Shown here: in pieces, positions 55,517-64,000 of the stretch
Position numbering within the stretch: the stretch's first letter is position 1
Layout: each line of letters opens with the position of its first letter
Assembly: GCA_016933915.1 (NCBI GenBank)
Contig: JAFFZZ010000069.1
Coordinates: forward strand, 71-64,070
From: Candidatus Babeliaceae bacterium
GTDB taxonomy: Bacteria; Babelota; Babeliae; Babelales; Babelaceae
Direction of reading: 5' to 3'
Length of the DNA stretch: 64,000 nt
Translations under genes and position numbers: made by a program
The notes under the pieces: model-generated
Database searches by the model: none
What the model saw: the letters and a program-made list of their open reading frames with translations, nothing else
What the model was told of the DNA's origin: nothing

Positions 55517-57805
55517 TTATGTGGCAGGTGTCTCCGTTGGCGTAGTTTTTGCTTCTGTTTTTAATTCAGATCCGGATAATTTTTCTTTTTTCTCCCCCCC
55601 TTTTCCAGGGTGATAGGTGAAGAAGCTTTTGAGGCTGTCAACATTTCGCATAAGCGTTGAAATATTTGTTTGAGCCTCTCGTATTTTGGGATCTGTTAGT
55701 TTGGAGCTGCCGAGAGCTCCTGCTAGTGCCTCTAAATTATCTCGCTTTTCAAATTCATCGGTTAGTTTGTCGTATGCTTCGAGTTCTTTGTCGGTTGGTG
55801 GCTCACGAAGAATATTGATTATTTTGATAAGATTCTGAGCTGTATCAGACGCTTTTTTCAGAGCTAACCCTTCGGTGAGAGTTGAGATCTCTTTTTCGGA
55901 TATTTTTTCTCGAGGTTTAACGGCTGCTTTTTTGGGTTCGACAGATAATCCCGGTTTTTCTTCAAGTTCTTCTTCGGTAAGTTCGTGAGGGAGTTCTTTA
56001 AACCCTTCGGCACGAAGCTTCTTTGCTTCTTCAGTGTCAGCGTCGGGTTTTTTTTCGGTCTTCGCCTCTTCTTTATCTGGAGTTGCCTCCTCAACTTTTT
56101 CTTTTTCTGTTAGCGTCGTTGGTTCTGCGGATCGGATGCGGGTAATCAATTTTTGTGTCTCGGGGTTTTCAAGGCTTTTTTTTGCAGACTTTATATTTTT
56201 GGTGAGATCTTGGAGCATTTGATGGACTGAGCGTGTATCAACTTTTTGTGCGCGTTCTGCACGTTTTGTTTTTGATTCAACGTGAACAGGCTTTTCTGCC
56301 TTTGATTTTTTATCGGGTTCTGTGGGCTTTTGACCAGGTGCTGTGCTTTTTAAATGATTGTCTGTGTGTGGTGATTCTAGTGAAGGTTGTTCTGCAGATG
56401 GAAGCCATGAGGGATATCCGCCATATCCGTTAAAAAAGTTAGAATTGGGTACTGTTTCTGGCACATGATAATATGGGTCGAGACGTCCGGTTGAAAGCTT
56501 TATAGGTCTCGTACTTAAAAGTTTTTCTCGTTCTTGGAGGCGAGCGTTTTCCATTTCTTCCATCGCTTCCTTTTGCTTTAAGGCTTCTGGTTCGTACTGA
56601 CGAATAATGTTTTCCACCGTGGTGAGAAGCGCAAAGATATATTTTCCGAGTTCAGTGACCAAATTTTCTGTTCGATCGTAGGTAATACGATATTGTTCAA
56701 TACGTTCCTGATCTTTCGCTTGAATGATACGATCAGCCTGTTCACGCATTTTCGGATCTCTACCGATTTCATTCCACGCTTCTACGATCTCTGTTCGTGC
56801 AATGTCCGCTTTGAGCATTTCTCGTGTAATGTCTTCTTCCGAAGCATCTTCTGCTTCCAGTTTTTTTGCTACCTTTTCAGGGTCATGCTTTTTGAGAAGT
56901 GCCTCGTACGCAATTTTTATCTCTTCGTCTGATGCGCGAGGTGATACACCGAGAGTTTCGTATGGTGTCTTAAGTTCTTCTTCGGGTGCTTCGACTACCG
57001 GTGCGGTGACCCGTGGTTCTCGTTTGGTGAGTGCTCGAGAGAGTTCACTCAATGTATCTCGTATTTTGGCATAGGAGTTTTGTGCAAGGCGCGTGTGAAA
57101 CTCACTCTTATTTATAGCGGTAAGTAAAAATCGAAGTGTCTGAATTTCAAGGAGTGCTGGTCGGGTTGCGATAAAGATTGTGTCATCAACTGTTTTGAGA
57201 ATGAGAGAGTCAAGATGATAAATAATAGTATCAAGAAGTTCTTTGACGAGTTTAATTGTTTCTGGCGCTGGTTTTTCAGGAATAGAAGCGGCGCCACCGT
57301 CGTCATTTTCGGTTGTAATGGGCGATGGGATCATCTTTTTGGGACGCGGTAAAGACGGCGGCTTTTGGAAAGAAGGTGCCGCTGTTGGTTGCGGCACTGG
57401 GGCTGTAGGTTGATAAAGAGATGGTGGAGCTGCTTGTGCAATTTCTTCTACTTTGCTTTCAACACGCTTTTGTTCTTCCGGGGTAAGCGATCCTATCATG
57501 TTTTCACCGATTTTTGCCGCTTGTTCAAGAAGTTCTGGCGGTGCGTTGCGGATGAATTCTTCCATCTGACGCATCATTTCAGGGTTTTTTTTCAATTCTT
57601 CTAATTCATTGACAAGTTGGTCAACATCGAAAGCAGGCATGTTACTCGGATCAAATGCTGGCCCAAGTCCTCCAGGGGTTGCAGGCATAGGTCCCATAGG
57701 CATGGGGTTGCCGGATATAGGGAATCCCCCCATACAATTCATAATACAGGTGTTTCCCAATATAAGAACGAGAGAAAGCTGAGATAATCTCTTCATCATC
57801 TTCAT
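55517..57805 (-). CDS. Secreted Pro-rich/charged protein with divergent J-domain-like segment (HPD replaced by HDP)
   Basis: The ATG at 57805 follows AAAGG (the track ORF runs to 57919). Signal peptide MKMMKRLSQLSLVLILGNTCIMNC. Nt 56735-56971 encode TPYETLGVSPRASDEEIKIAYEALLKKHDPEK...EIVEAWNEIGRDPKMREQ. Confidence 0.7.
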   Translation of the reverse strand: MKMMKRLSQLSLVLILGNTCIMNCMGGFPISGNPMPMGPMPATPGGLGPAFDPSNMPAFDVDQLVNELEELKKNPEMMRQMEEFIRNAPPELLEQAAKIGENMIGSLTPEEQKRVESKVEEIAQAAPPSLYQPTAPVPQPTAAPSFQKPPSLPRPKKMIPSPITTENDDGGAASIPEKPAPETIKLVKELLDTIIYHLDSLILKTVDDTIFIATRPALLEIQTLRFLLTAINKSEFHTRLAQNSYAKIRDTLSELSRALTKREPRVTAPVVEAPEEELKTPYETLGVSPRASDEEIKIAYEALLKKHDPEKVAKKLEAEDASEEDITREMLKADIARTEIVEAWNEIGRDPKMREQADRIIQAKDQERIEQYRITYDRTENLVTELGKYIFALLTTVENIIRQYEPEALKQKEAMEEMENARLQEREKLLSTRPIKLSTGRLDPYYHVPETVPNSNFFNGYGGYPSWLPSAEQPSLESPHTDNHLKSTAPGQKPTEPDKKSKAEKPVHVESKTKRAERAQKVDTRSVHQMLQDLTKNIKSAKKSLENPETQKLITRIRSAEPTTLTEKEKVEEATPDKEEAKTEKKPDADTEEAKKLRAEGFKELPHELTEEELEEKPGLSVEPKKAAVKPREKISEKEISTLTEGLALKKASDTAQNLIKIINILREPPTDKELEAYDKLTDEFEKRDNLEALAGALGSSKLTDPKIREAQTNISTLMRNVDSLKSFFTYHPGKGGEKKEKLSGSELKTEAKTTPTETPAT

Positions 57806-57906
57806 TTTAAGACCTTTTTGCATGCTGCCAAACTGCTTGCTTTTGACGATACTGTTGTTTTCGTTACGATGGAAGCATATCATGCCATCACGTGTTAAGG
57901 AGACCA

Positions 57907-59199
57907 ATGACAATAACATCCTCTAAACTATCGCTTAAAAAATACGTTTTGTCAATACCAGGGGCGCGTTTTGTTCTCCTTGGGATCTCTGGGATTGCTT
58001 ATGGGGCGTCGTTCACCTGGTGTTGGTTTTTATTTTGGCTTATGGTGCCAGCATTCGTGGCTTTAGGATGGCTTTTTGTTGATAAAAGAATGTCTTTTGG
58101 TGAGGCGTTCTGGTGGGGAGCGTGTGCATTTGCCCCCCGGGTTTTTGGGGTATTTTCTGCATTGGTCCGCTCGCTAGGAATGTCATGGTGGCTCACTTTA
58201 GGTGCCAGCACTCTTTTTTCTGCATATTTGGTGGTTCAGGTTGCTTTGGTTATCACTGCCGGTGCTTGGTTGGCACAGCACGGGAAACGTTTTTTTCGTC
58301 TGATAACTTTTTTCGGCGTCTTGTTTTTAATGCACTGGTGGTTGGTCTCTGGGCTCTTTTGGGTCTTTGGGGCATTTGAAGGAGACGCGACATCTCACCC
58401 TTTGGTACCGTGGTTTTGTGGTTGTGCTGGTCGATTGGTTGGAACGCGTGGAGTTCCCCAGCATATTTTGCGTTTTGCGGTGGTGCGTCTTCCGTTTAAG
58501 CCGTTGGCCACTGTTTGTGAAGTTGAACATCTCGACTTTTTATCTCGGAGTATTGCGCAGCTTGCTGTAGAAAAACCTGAGGTTTCAGTCATTCTGTTAC
58601 CTGAATCATCTCTTCCATACTGTTTGAATACGCATTCTTCCTCTATGGCAGCATTGTCGCTTTTGAGCGAAAGGAAGGCGCTTGTTTTTAGTGGGCACCG
58701 GCAAGAGGGTGACTCTGTTTCGAGTTGTTGTTATTTTTTTAATGGCGGGCAACTTTCAAGTTGGTGTGAAAAATACCATCTTATGTTTTTTGTGGAGCGT
58801 GCTCCAGCACTTTTTGGTTTGCCGCTACCTTGTTCTATAGGTCATCTGATAGGGATTGATGATTTCTTTGTTCCGGGTAAACGGGAGCGGGTTCCCTTTG
58901 TTGTTTCTGGGCTATCCGGCGAACCAGTGTCATTGCTTTATCCGTTAATCTGTTCAGAGCTTTTCATGACTAATCAGATAGCATCTGTTCCTTCGACAAA
59001 TTGTGCCGCTGTTGCGCTGGTGAACGATGCTTGGTTCGCCGGGTCCGCGCAGCCGGATCTTATGTTTGGACTTGCCCTTTTAAAGGCCTGGTGGTATCAA
59101 AAAGATCTTTTTTATGTGGGGTATCGCTATGCGACGTACATTTGTGGGAGGGGGTTAAGGCGCTCTGCCCATCTTGCCGTATATTCCGATTTACGTTGA
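57907..59199 (+). CDS. lnt: Apolipoprotein N-acyltransferase
   Basis: The ATG at 57907 follows the SD AAGGAG (the track starts at a GTG, 57892). The N-terminus is polytopic. The C-terminal CN-hydrolase domain carries VILLPESS (Glu), EKYHLMFFVERAP (Lys) and YPLICSELF (Cys). Confidence 0.65.
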   Translation: MTITSSKLSLKKYVLSIPGARFVLLGISGIAYGASFTWCWFLFWLMVPAFVALGWLFVDKRMSFGEAFWWGACAFAPRVFGVFSALVRSLGMSWWLTLGASTLFSAYLVVQVALVITAGAWLAQHGKRFFRLITFFGVLFLMHWWLVSGLFWVFGAFEGDATSHPLVPWFCGCAGRLVGTRGVPQHILRFAVVRLPFKPLATVCEVEHLDFLSRSIAQLAVEKPEVSVILLPESSLPYCLNTHSSSMAALSLLSERKALVFSGHRQEGDSVSSCCYFFNGGQLSSWCEKYHLMFFVERAPALFGLPLPCSIGHLIGIDDFFVPGKRERVPFVVSGLSGEPVSLLYPLICSELFMTNQIASVPSTNCAAVALVNDAWFAGSAQPDLMFGLALLKAWWYQKDLFYVGYRYATYICGRGLRRSAHLAVYSDLR

Positions 59200-59260
59200 T
59201 AGATCGGCATTTTCCTCTATACTGAAACGCTATGCTACTATTATCTGAAGGAGTTACTTT

Positions 59261-59710
59261 ATGAAAATTTTCCTTACTGAAGATGTGTTACAGGTTGGCA
59301 AAGCCGGTGCCATCGTTAATGTATCCGATGGCTTTGCGCGTAATTATCTTTTACCGCGTAAATTGGGCATTGAGGTGCATGCGGGAAATGAGAAAGAGTT
59401 TGCTCGTAGATTGCAAAAGATTGAGCAGCGTGTGGAAGTTGCCAAGACAAAAACCTCGTCTCTTGCTGACCGTATTAAGTCGGTAGCGATTACGATTAAA
59501 AGGCGCATGCACGATGATGGAAAACTTTACGGTTCTATTAGTGAGCAGGAAGTTGTAGATGCTCTTGCTGGTTCTGGTATAACGATTTCAAAGGACAAGG
59601 TTGTTTTTGATAAGTCGATTAAAGCGAAGGGTGTTCACGAAGTTACCATCCGTCTCAGCTCTACGTTACAGCCAACGTGCACAGTACGTGTTGTGCCAGT
59701 TGAAGGGTAA
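59261..59710 (+). CDS. rplI: 50S ribosomal protein L9
   Basis: MKIFLTEDVLQVGKAGAIVNVSDGFARNYLLPRKLG matches the L9 N-terminal signature. The SD GAAGGAG lies upstream. Confidence 0.9.
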   Translation: MKIFLTEDVLQVGKAGAIVNVSDGFARNYLLPRKLGIEVHAGNEKEFARRLQKIEQRVEVAKTKTSSLADRIKSVAITIKRRMHDDGKLYGSISEQEVVDALAGSGITISKDKVVFDKSIKAKGVHEVTIRLSSTLQPTCTVRVVPVEG

Positions 59711-59715
59711 CGATA

Positions 59716-61125
59716 ATGCAGAGACGACGAGCGAGTGAAGATCAATCGGTACACCGTCGTCACCTTGCTGTTGAAAAAGTTGTTGGTAAAAGTTTGCCGG
59801 CGAGCCCAGAGGCGGAGCGGGCTGTTCTTGGTGCGCTTCTCCTGAATGATGAGCATTTAGCGACAGTTGCTGAGATCGTACAGCGCGATGATTTTTATAT
59901 TCCCGCCCACCGTCTTATTATTGAGGCTATGTGGTGTCTTACTGAACAGCATCAGCGTGTTGATCTCATTTCACTTCAAGATGAGCTTGTCAAACGCGGA
60001 TTGCTCGATGAGATTGGTGGCATTGCATATCTTCTCTCATTACAGGACGATATTTCTGCGGTTGGATTGGTAGAACAGCATGCACGGCTTATTAAAGAGA
60101 AGTCGGTTTTACGAGAACTTATCTCATCAGCAACCTCCATTATTGCTCGATGCTATGCACAGAATGAACAGGAACTTGATGCGGTTCTTGATGAAGCTGA
60201 ACGCACTATCTTTGCGTTGTCTAATCGGCGAGCTCCGGCATCATTTGTACAGCTTGATATCTGGCTTAAGCGTACATTTAAGCAGCTCTCTGAAATTAAA
60301 AGCCATAGAAGTGGCGTTACTGGTGTTCCAGCTGGATTTGGCAAACTAGATGAGATGACGAGTGGTTTTCAGCCTGGCGACTTTATTGTTCTTGCGGCAC
60401 GGCCCTCGGTTGGTAAAACGGCCCTTGCGTTGCGTATTGCGCATCACGCCGCTGCCGCAGGTTTTGCGTCAGGGTTTTTCTCCCTTGAGATGAGCGCCGA
60501 GCAGTTGACGCTTCGACTTCTTTCAAGTGAATCTCATGTTCCACATCATGCTATTCGCAATGCTTCTATCTCGTCTGATGAATGGATAGACTTAACACAT
60601 GCTGCAGCTCGATTGGCGGAGGTACCTTTTTTTATTGATGATGCACCGTTGCAGACGATAATGGATCTTCGAGCTAAGGCGCGAAAATTAAAAGCGGAAA
60701 AAAATATACAGCTTTTAGTCATCGATTATTTACAACTTTTGCAAGGACATGGATGGTACGAAAACAGACACCAGGAAGTTTCCGCTATTTCACGAGCGTT
60801 GAAGGCGTTGGCAAAGGAACTTGGGGTTCCGATAATTGCGCTTTCTCAGCTTTCTCGTGCAGTTGATAGTCGCGTTGATAAGCGCCCTTTGTTATCAGAT
60901 CTTCGTGATTCTGGGGCAATTGAGCAAGATGCTGATCTTATTTTGTTTCTTTATCGCGATGTGATTTATAATCCTGAGACGGAAAATCCGAATCTTGCCG
61001 AAGTAATTATTGGGAAGCAGCGTAATGGTCCGACGGGTACCGTGTATCTTAACTTCCACCGCGAATTGACAACATTCGAGGATTTGATGGAGGATGGAAA
61101 TGGGTCGGATAATTCTCGGCATTGA
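59716..61125 (+). CDS. dnaB: Replicative DNA helicase DnaB
   Basis: LPASPEAERAVLGALLLN, Walker A AARPSVGKTALAL, Walker B LLVIDYLQLL, and SQLSRAVD. It follows rplI, as in many bacteria. Confidence 0.95.
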   Translation: MQRRRASEDQSVHRRHLAVEKVVGKSLPASPEAERAVLGALLLNDEHLATVAEIVQRDDFYIPAHRLIIEAMWCLTEQHQRVDLISLQDELVKRGLLDEIGGIAYLLSLQDDISAVGLVEQHARLIKEKSVLRELISSATSIIARCYAQNEQELDAVLDEAERTIFALSNRRAPASFVQLDIWLKRTFKQLSEIKSHRSGVTGVPAGFGKLDEMTSGFQPGDFIVLAARPSVGKTALALRIAHHAAAAGFASGFFSLEMSAEQLTLRLLSSESHVPHHAIRNASISSDEWIDLTHAAARLAEVPFFIDDAPLQTIMDLRAKARKLKAEKNIQLLVIDYLQLLQGHGWYENRHQEVSAISRALKALAKELGVPIIALSQLSRAVDSRVDKRPLLSDLRDSGAIEQDADLILFLYRDVIYNPETENPNLAEVIIGKQRNGPTGTVYLNFHRELTTFEDLMEDGNGSDNSRH

Positions 61126-61585
61126 CCCCGGTTTTGTGGCGGCGGGGTTCAGCGTCCTTTCTGCGAAGGATCGTTCTCTCGTTTCACTTCATCTTTGTGG
61201 GGCACTGCGTATGCGCTCGTCCGATTCCCTTCCTTTGCGTATTGCACGATTTTACGATTTTTTTTCGAAGCTTATTGTTGAGCATAGTGTGACTCATCTC
61301 GCACTCGAGACTCCCTTTCTAGGGAAGAATGCGCAGAATTTTTTAAAGCTTGGGTATTTGCGTGGGATTCTTATGCTTATCGTCGCACAGCATAATTTGG
61401 TACTTTCAGAATTTTCTCCGCGAGAGGTAAAAGCGGCCCTCACTGGCTTTGGGGGGGCTTCGAAAGAGCAGGTAGCGCGAGTTGTAATGCGCCTCTTTCC
61501 CAAACTTGTTTCGATTGAACGCTTTGATATTTCAGATGCCGTAGCCATATCTCTCTGCGGTCTATGGATTAACAAGGTCGGATAA
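61100..61585 (+). CDS. ruvC: Holliday junction resolvase RuvC
   Basis: MGRIILGIDPG (catalytic Asp), ALETPFLGKN (Glu), and FDISDAVAISLC (Asp). The ATG at 61100 lies 6 nt after GGAGG and overlaps the end of dnaB. Confidence 0.85.
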   Translation: MGRIILGIDPGFVAAGFSVLSAKDRSLVSLHLCGALRMRSSDSLPLRIARFYDFFSKLIVEHSVTHLALETPFLGKNAQNFLKLGYLRGILMLIVAQHNLVLSEFSPREVKAALTGFGGASKEQVARVVMRLFPKLVSIERFDISDAVAISLCGLWINKVG

Positions 61586-62101
61586 TCTTTATTCGTAATC
61601 CGAGGAAGAGCGAGATTTTTTTTATTCGCCACCTACGGTTGGCTCTAAAAAGAAAAAATCTCGCTTCATCATCCAACGGGGTGTCAGGGCCATTTTTTCT
61701 TTTACCTCAACATTTTTACGATCGAGGATTCAACTCTGAAGCGAATATAATTATGGAAAAGAAAGCCAAGTAAGGATCTTGCATTTGGAATAGAGATACC
61801 CTTTGACAAAACGGGGAGAAGGGCTACAGGACCGGATGAAAACCGGAGAAGATTTGTATTCTCAGCGCAAGGTGGATAAGTATTAGAATAAAACCGCCGC
61901 ATTGGTAGGGATACCAACACGGCGGAAAAGGAGAGTAGTAATGAAGCCTTGTTTAAGCGACCCGGAAACCAACACATGGTTTTTTCCAGGCCAACTAAGA
62001 ACAGTATGCCCAAACATTCCCAAATGTCAAACACCTTGCCAGTTTTTCTCTTTTATCTTTGCCGCCGTTTTCGATAAAATTTCACAAAGAAAATTTTTGC
62101 A
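61586..62101. other. 516-nt convergent non-coding region with several strong hairpins (candidate ncRNA; identity unresolved)
   Basis: There is a ~13-bp stem at 61609-61665 (GCGAGATTTTTT / AAAAAATCTCGC). A GNRA-capped hairpin sits at 61894-61925: CCGCCG-CA-TTGGTA-GGGA-TACCAA-CA-CGGCGG. The ORFs at 61702-62034 and 61902-62105 do not look protein-like. Confidence 0.3.
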
Positions 62102-63145
62102 TTAAAGGGTGATGGATGAAAAAGGGTGCTTCTTAAGGGAGTGACGAAGTGTACTGCCCGATGGGGCGGTGAAAATAGCTTGCATCTTTAGTTGAAAAAT
62201 AAGGTTGAGTAGCGAGTTCAAAATGCGATCATCGAAATCTGTCGCAAAATCATCAATGAGGATAATCGGTAAACGTGTGAGAAGGCAAGCTTGGGCAATT
62301 TTAAGGAGAAGGACTATAAGTTTTTGTTGCCCGCGCGAGGCATAGAGGCGAGCAGGTCTTCCCTGCCACAGTATGACAACGTCATCGAGATGTGCTCCGT
62401 AAAGTGAGCGGTGTAACCGAAGCTCTCTGTCCTTGAGGAGAGTTGTCTGTGGTTGTTCCTGGTAGCTTAGTGTCAACGATTGCCGGGAAAGGGGGCCGGC
62501 GAGTTTTTCGCTCAATTTTTTGAGTGTTGACTCCAGTGAAGTAAGGTATGTTTTGCGTATGCCGCGTACTTCTTTTGATATTAGTTCGAGGCGTTCCGTC
62601 CAAATGCTATACGCGGCGTTATCGAGAGATGGTTGCGCAAGAAGGGCGTTCCTTTGGCGCACAATGGTGCGTAAGGAGCGGAGTTGTGCGCTGTATCCTT
62701 GGTTTGCAAGGGTAATTGCTTGATCTAGGAAAAGCCGTCGTTCATCGGGAAATCCCGCAACAAGTTTGAGGTCGTCGCCAATGATAGAGATGCTCCGATA
62801 AGTAGCGAATAAGTCATGGAAAGAAGTGATGGATACACCGTCGCATTTGATAATGCGGCGATTTCCCGTTACAGCAACTGAGAGGTCCCATGTATCATCC
62901 AAATTGTTTGTTCCTTTAAGTTTTATAAAGAATCCTTCATTTTCCCATCGTATTATTTCACGTGGAGCATGGGTACGAAATGATCTGAGGTAGCAAGCGT
63001 AAGCAAGTGCTTCCAAAAGCGCCGTTTTTCCGGTACCATTTGCACCCTCGCAAAGGGTAAACTGCTGAGGAAAGGCACAGTGGATATGCTCAAAGCAGCG
63101 AAAATTACGGAGTTCAACTTCGCTTACATGTAGTTTTTCTTCCAT
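62102..63145 (-). CDS. recF: DNA replication and repair protein RecF
   Basis: VELRNFRCFEH, Walker A EGANGTGKTALLEAL, Walker B PIILIDDF, and position directly downstream of dnaN. Confidence 0.9.
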   Translation of the reverse strand: MEEKLHVSEVELRNFRCFEHIHCAFPQQFTLCEGANGTGKTALLEALAYACYLRSFRTHAPREIIRWENEGFFIKLKGTNNLDDTWDLSVAVTGNRRIIKCDGVSITSFHDLFATYRSISIIGDDLKLVAGFPDERRLFLDQAITLANQGYSAQLRSLRTIVRQRNALLAQPSLDNAAYSIWTERLELISKEVRGIRKTYLTSLESTLKKLSEKLAGPLSRQSLTLSYQEQPQTTLLKDRELRLHRSLYGAHLDDVVILWQGRPARLYASRGQQKLIVLLLKIAQACLLTRLPIILIDDFATDFDDRILNSLLNLIFQLKMQAIFTAPSGSTLRHSLKKHPFSSITL

Positions 63146-63160
63146 CTGAGAAAGCCTTGA

Positions 63161-64000
63161 TCACCTATTCGATTGAGGAGCTACTGGCATGACGAGATAG
63201 CGAATGGTGCAACCGTTTTCTTGCGTTTCACACATAATCGGACGCGTGCTGTTCTTTATGAAAAACTTTAAACGTTGCTGAGAGAAAACCTGGAGTCCGT
63301 CTATAAGATATGGTGCATAAAAACGAACTTCTTGGTCTTCTTCGAGGTTAGCGATTGTAACGGGAATCCGTTCGTCTAATGTACCAACTCCCTTGTTTTC
63401 CATGCGAATGCGAAGATCTTCATGAGTAAACAAAAAACGCGTTGCTAAAAAATTTCCAGAAAGAAGACACGCTGCGCGACGTAAGGCGCGAAGGAGTTGT
63501 GATCGATCAACATTACCTTCAAAAAAGTTGCTGCAATCCATAACGGGACGATAATCGGGAAATGGTTGGGCTATGAGCCGCGTAAAAAAGTTGAAGAGTT
63601 CCCCGGAAAATACAACTTGCCCGTCACAGGTCCCGACAAAAAGGGTCTGACATGAAGTGCTTTCAACTAACTTTTTGAGTTCAAAAATAGCCCGGCGTGG
63701 TAAGAGCCAGGAAAGAGGCTTTTCGTATTGATATTTATCGGTTTGAAGGTTAATAAGAGAGTGGCCATCGGTAGCGGTAAGTCTCAAGCCTTCGGGTGAA
63801 AGCTCAAGTAATAAGCCATTAAGTGCTGGGTTGCTGTTGTTTTGGGGAATAAGAAACATAGTGTGGTCAAGCATCGCAAGAAAGTCGCTCGCGTGCAGAT
63901 GCATAAGATTTTCAATACGTTCTGGAAATGGTGGAAACTCATCAGGGTTTTTAATGTTAAGACGTAAGTCGGCGCCATCTGACTGAAGAACTAGCTGGTT
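63161..64000 (-). CDS. dnaN: DNA polymerase III beta sliding clamp (5' end beyond window end)
   Basis: The track ORF starts at an internal Met (63904). I checked that the frame stays open to position 64000 (NQLVLQSDGADLRLNIKNPDEFPPFPERIENLMHLHA...). The sequence is clamp-like (NGLLLELSPEGLRLTATDGH, YNYLVMP-type C-terminus RYLVMPV). Confidence 0.9.
   Translation of the reverse strand, partial: NQLVLQSDGADLRLNIKNPDEFPPFPERIENLMHLHASDFLAMLDHTMFLIPQNNSNPALNGLLLELSPEGLRLTATDGHSLINLQTDKYQYEKPLSWLLPRRAIFELKKLVESTSCQTLFVGTCDGQVVFSGELFNFFTRLIAQPFPDYRPVMDCSNFFEGNVDRSQLLRALRRAACLLSGNFLATRFLFTHEDLRIRMENKGVGTLDERIPVTIANLEEDQEVRFYAPYLIDGLQVFSQQRLKFFIKNSTRPIMCETQENGCTIRYLVMPVAPQSNR

Noticed and set aside
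61872-61880. GTGGATAAG, an 8/9 match to the DnaA box complement (TGTGGATAA), close to recF-dnaN. This raised the possibility of oriC.
   Set aside because: There is only one good box, plus one 7/9 match (61751-61759). I see no box cluster and no obvious AT-rich unwinding element. oriC more likely lies near dnaA, beyond the window end.
61702-62105. ORFs of 110 aa (minus) and 67 aa (plus) in the ruvC-recF gap.
   Set aside because: They have no SD and an odd composition (Cys/Trp/Phe-rich, no recognisable fold motifs). They also overlap strong RNA-like hairpins. I treat the region as non-coding.

Overview
This 64-kb window is chromosomal DNA from a diderm (Gram-negative type) bacterium of moderate-to-low GC. 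The gene content looks like a reduced-genome, host-dependent, energy-parasitic lineage. Dependentiae/TM6-like or Chlamydiae-like is my best guess, but I cannot prove it from this window. All calls come from reading motifs by eye; no database, HMM or folding search was run.

Housekeeping backbone: metG, topA, lon, two tandem ATP/ADP (NTT) translocases, rpsB, tRNA-Ser(GGA), SRP RNA (ffs), dnaX, der, hpf, dsbD, tRNA-Ala(GGC), cca, tolQ-tolR-tolA-like-tolB, ftsH, rpmB, rpsT, a PBP2-type transpeptidase, a Xer-type recombinase, nth, murD, ileS, lnt, rplI-dnaB-ruvC and recF-dnaN (dnaN is cut by the window end). No metabolic enzymes are present.

About 21 kb, roughly one third of the window, is orphan genes that carry signal peptides and are interleaved with the backbone.

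Most notable observations:
1. An FtsH with two complete AAA+ modules in tandem before its single M41 protease domain.
2. A co-directional cluster of a secreted J-domain-like protein (HPD replaced by HDP) and two secreted paralogs with a clan-CD-like His-Gly ... Cys dyad.
3. A tandem pair of large secreted paralogs sharing a ~400-aa core with eight invariant Cys/His.
4. An operon of a 1368-aa surface protein and an 18-Cys beta-barrel outer membrane protein.
5. Two unexplained structured non-coding islands.

I saw no CRISPR array, rRNA, IS/transposase or prophage genes.
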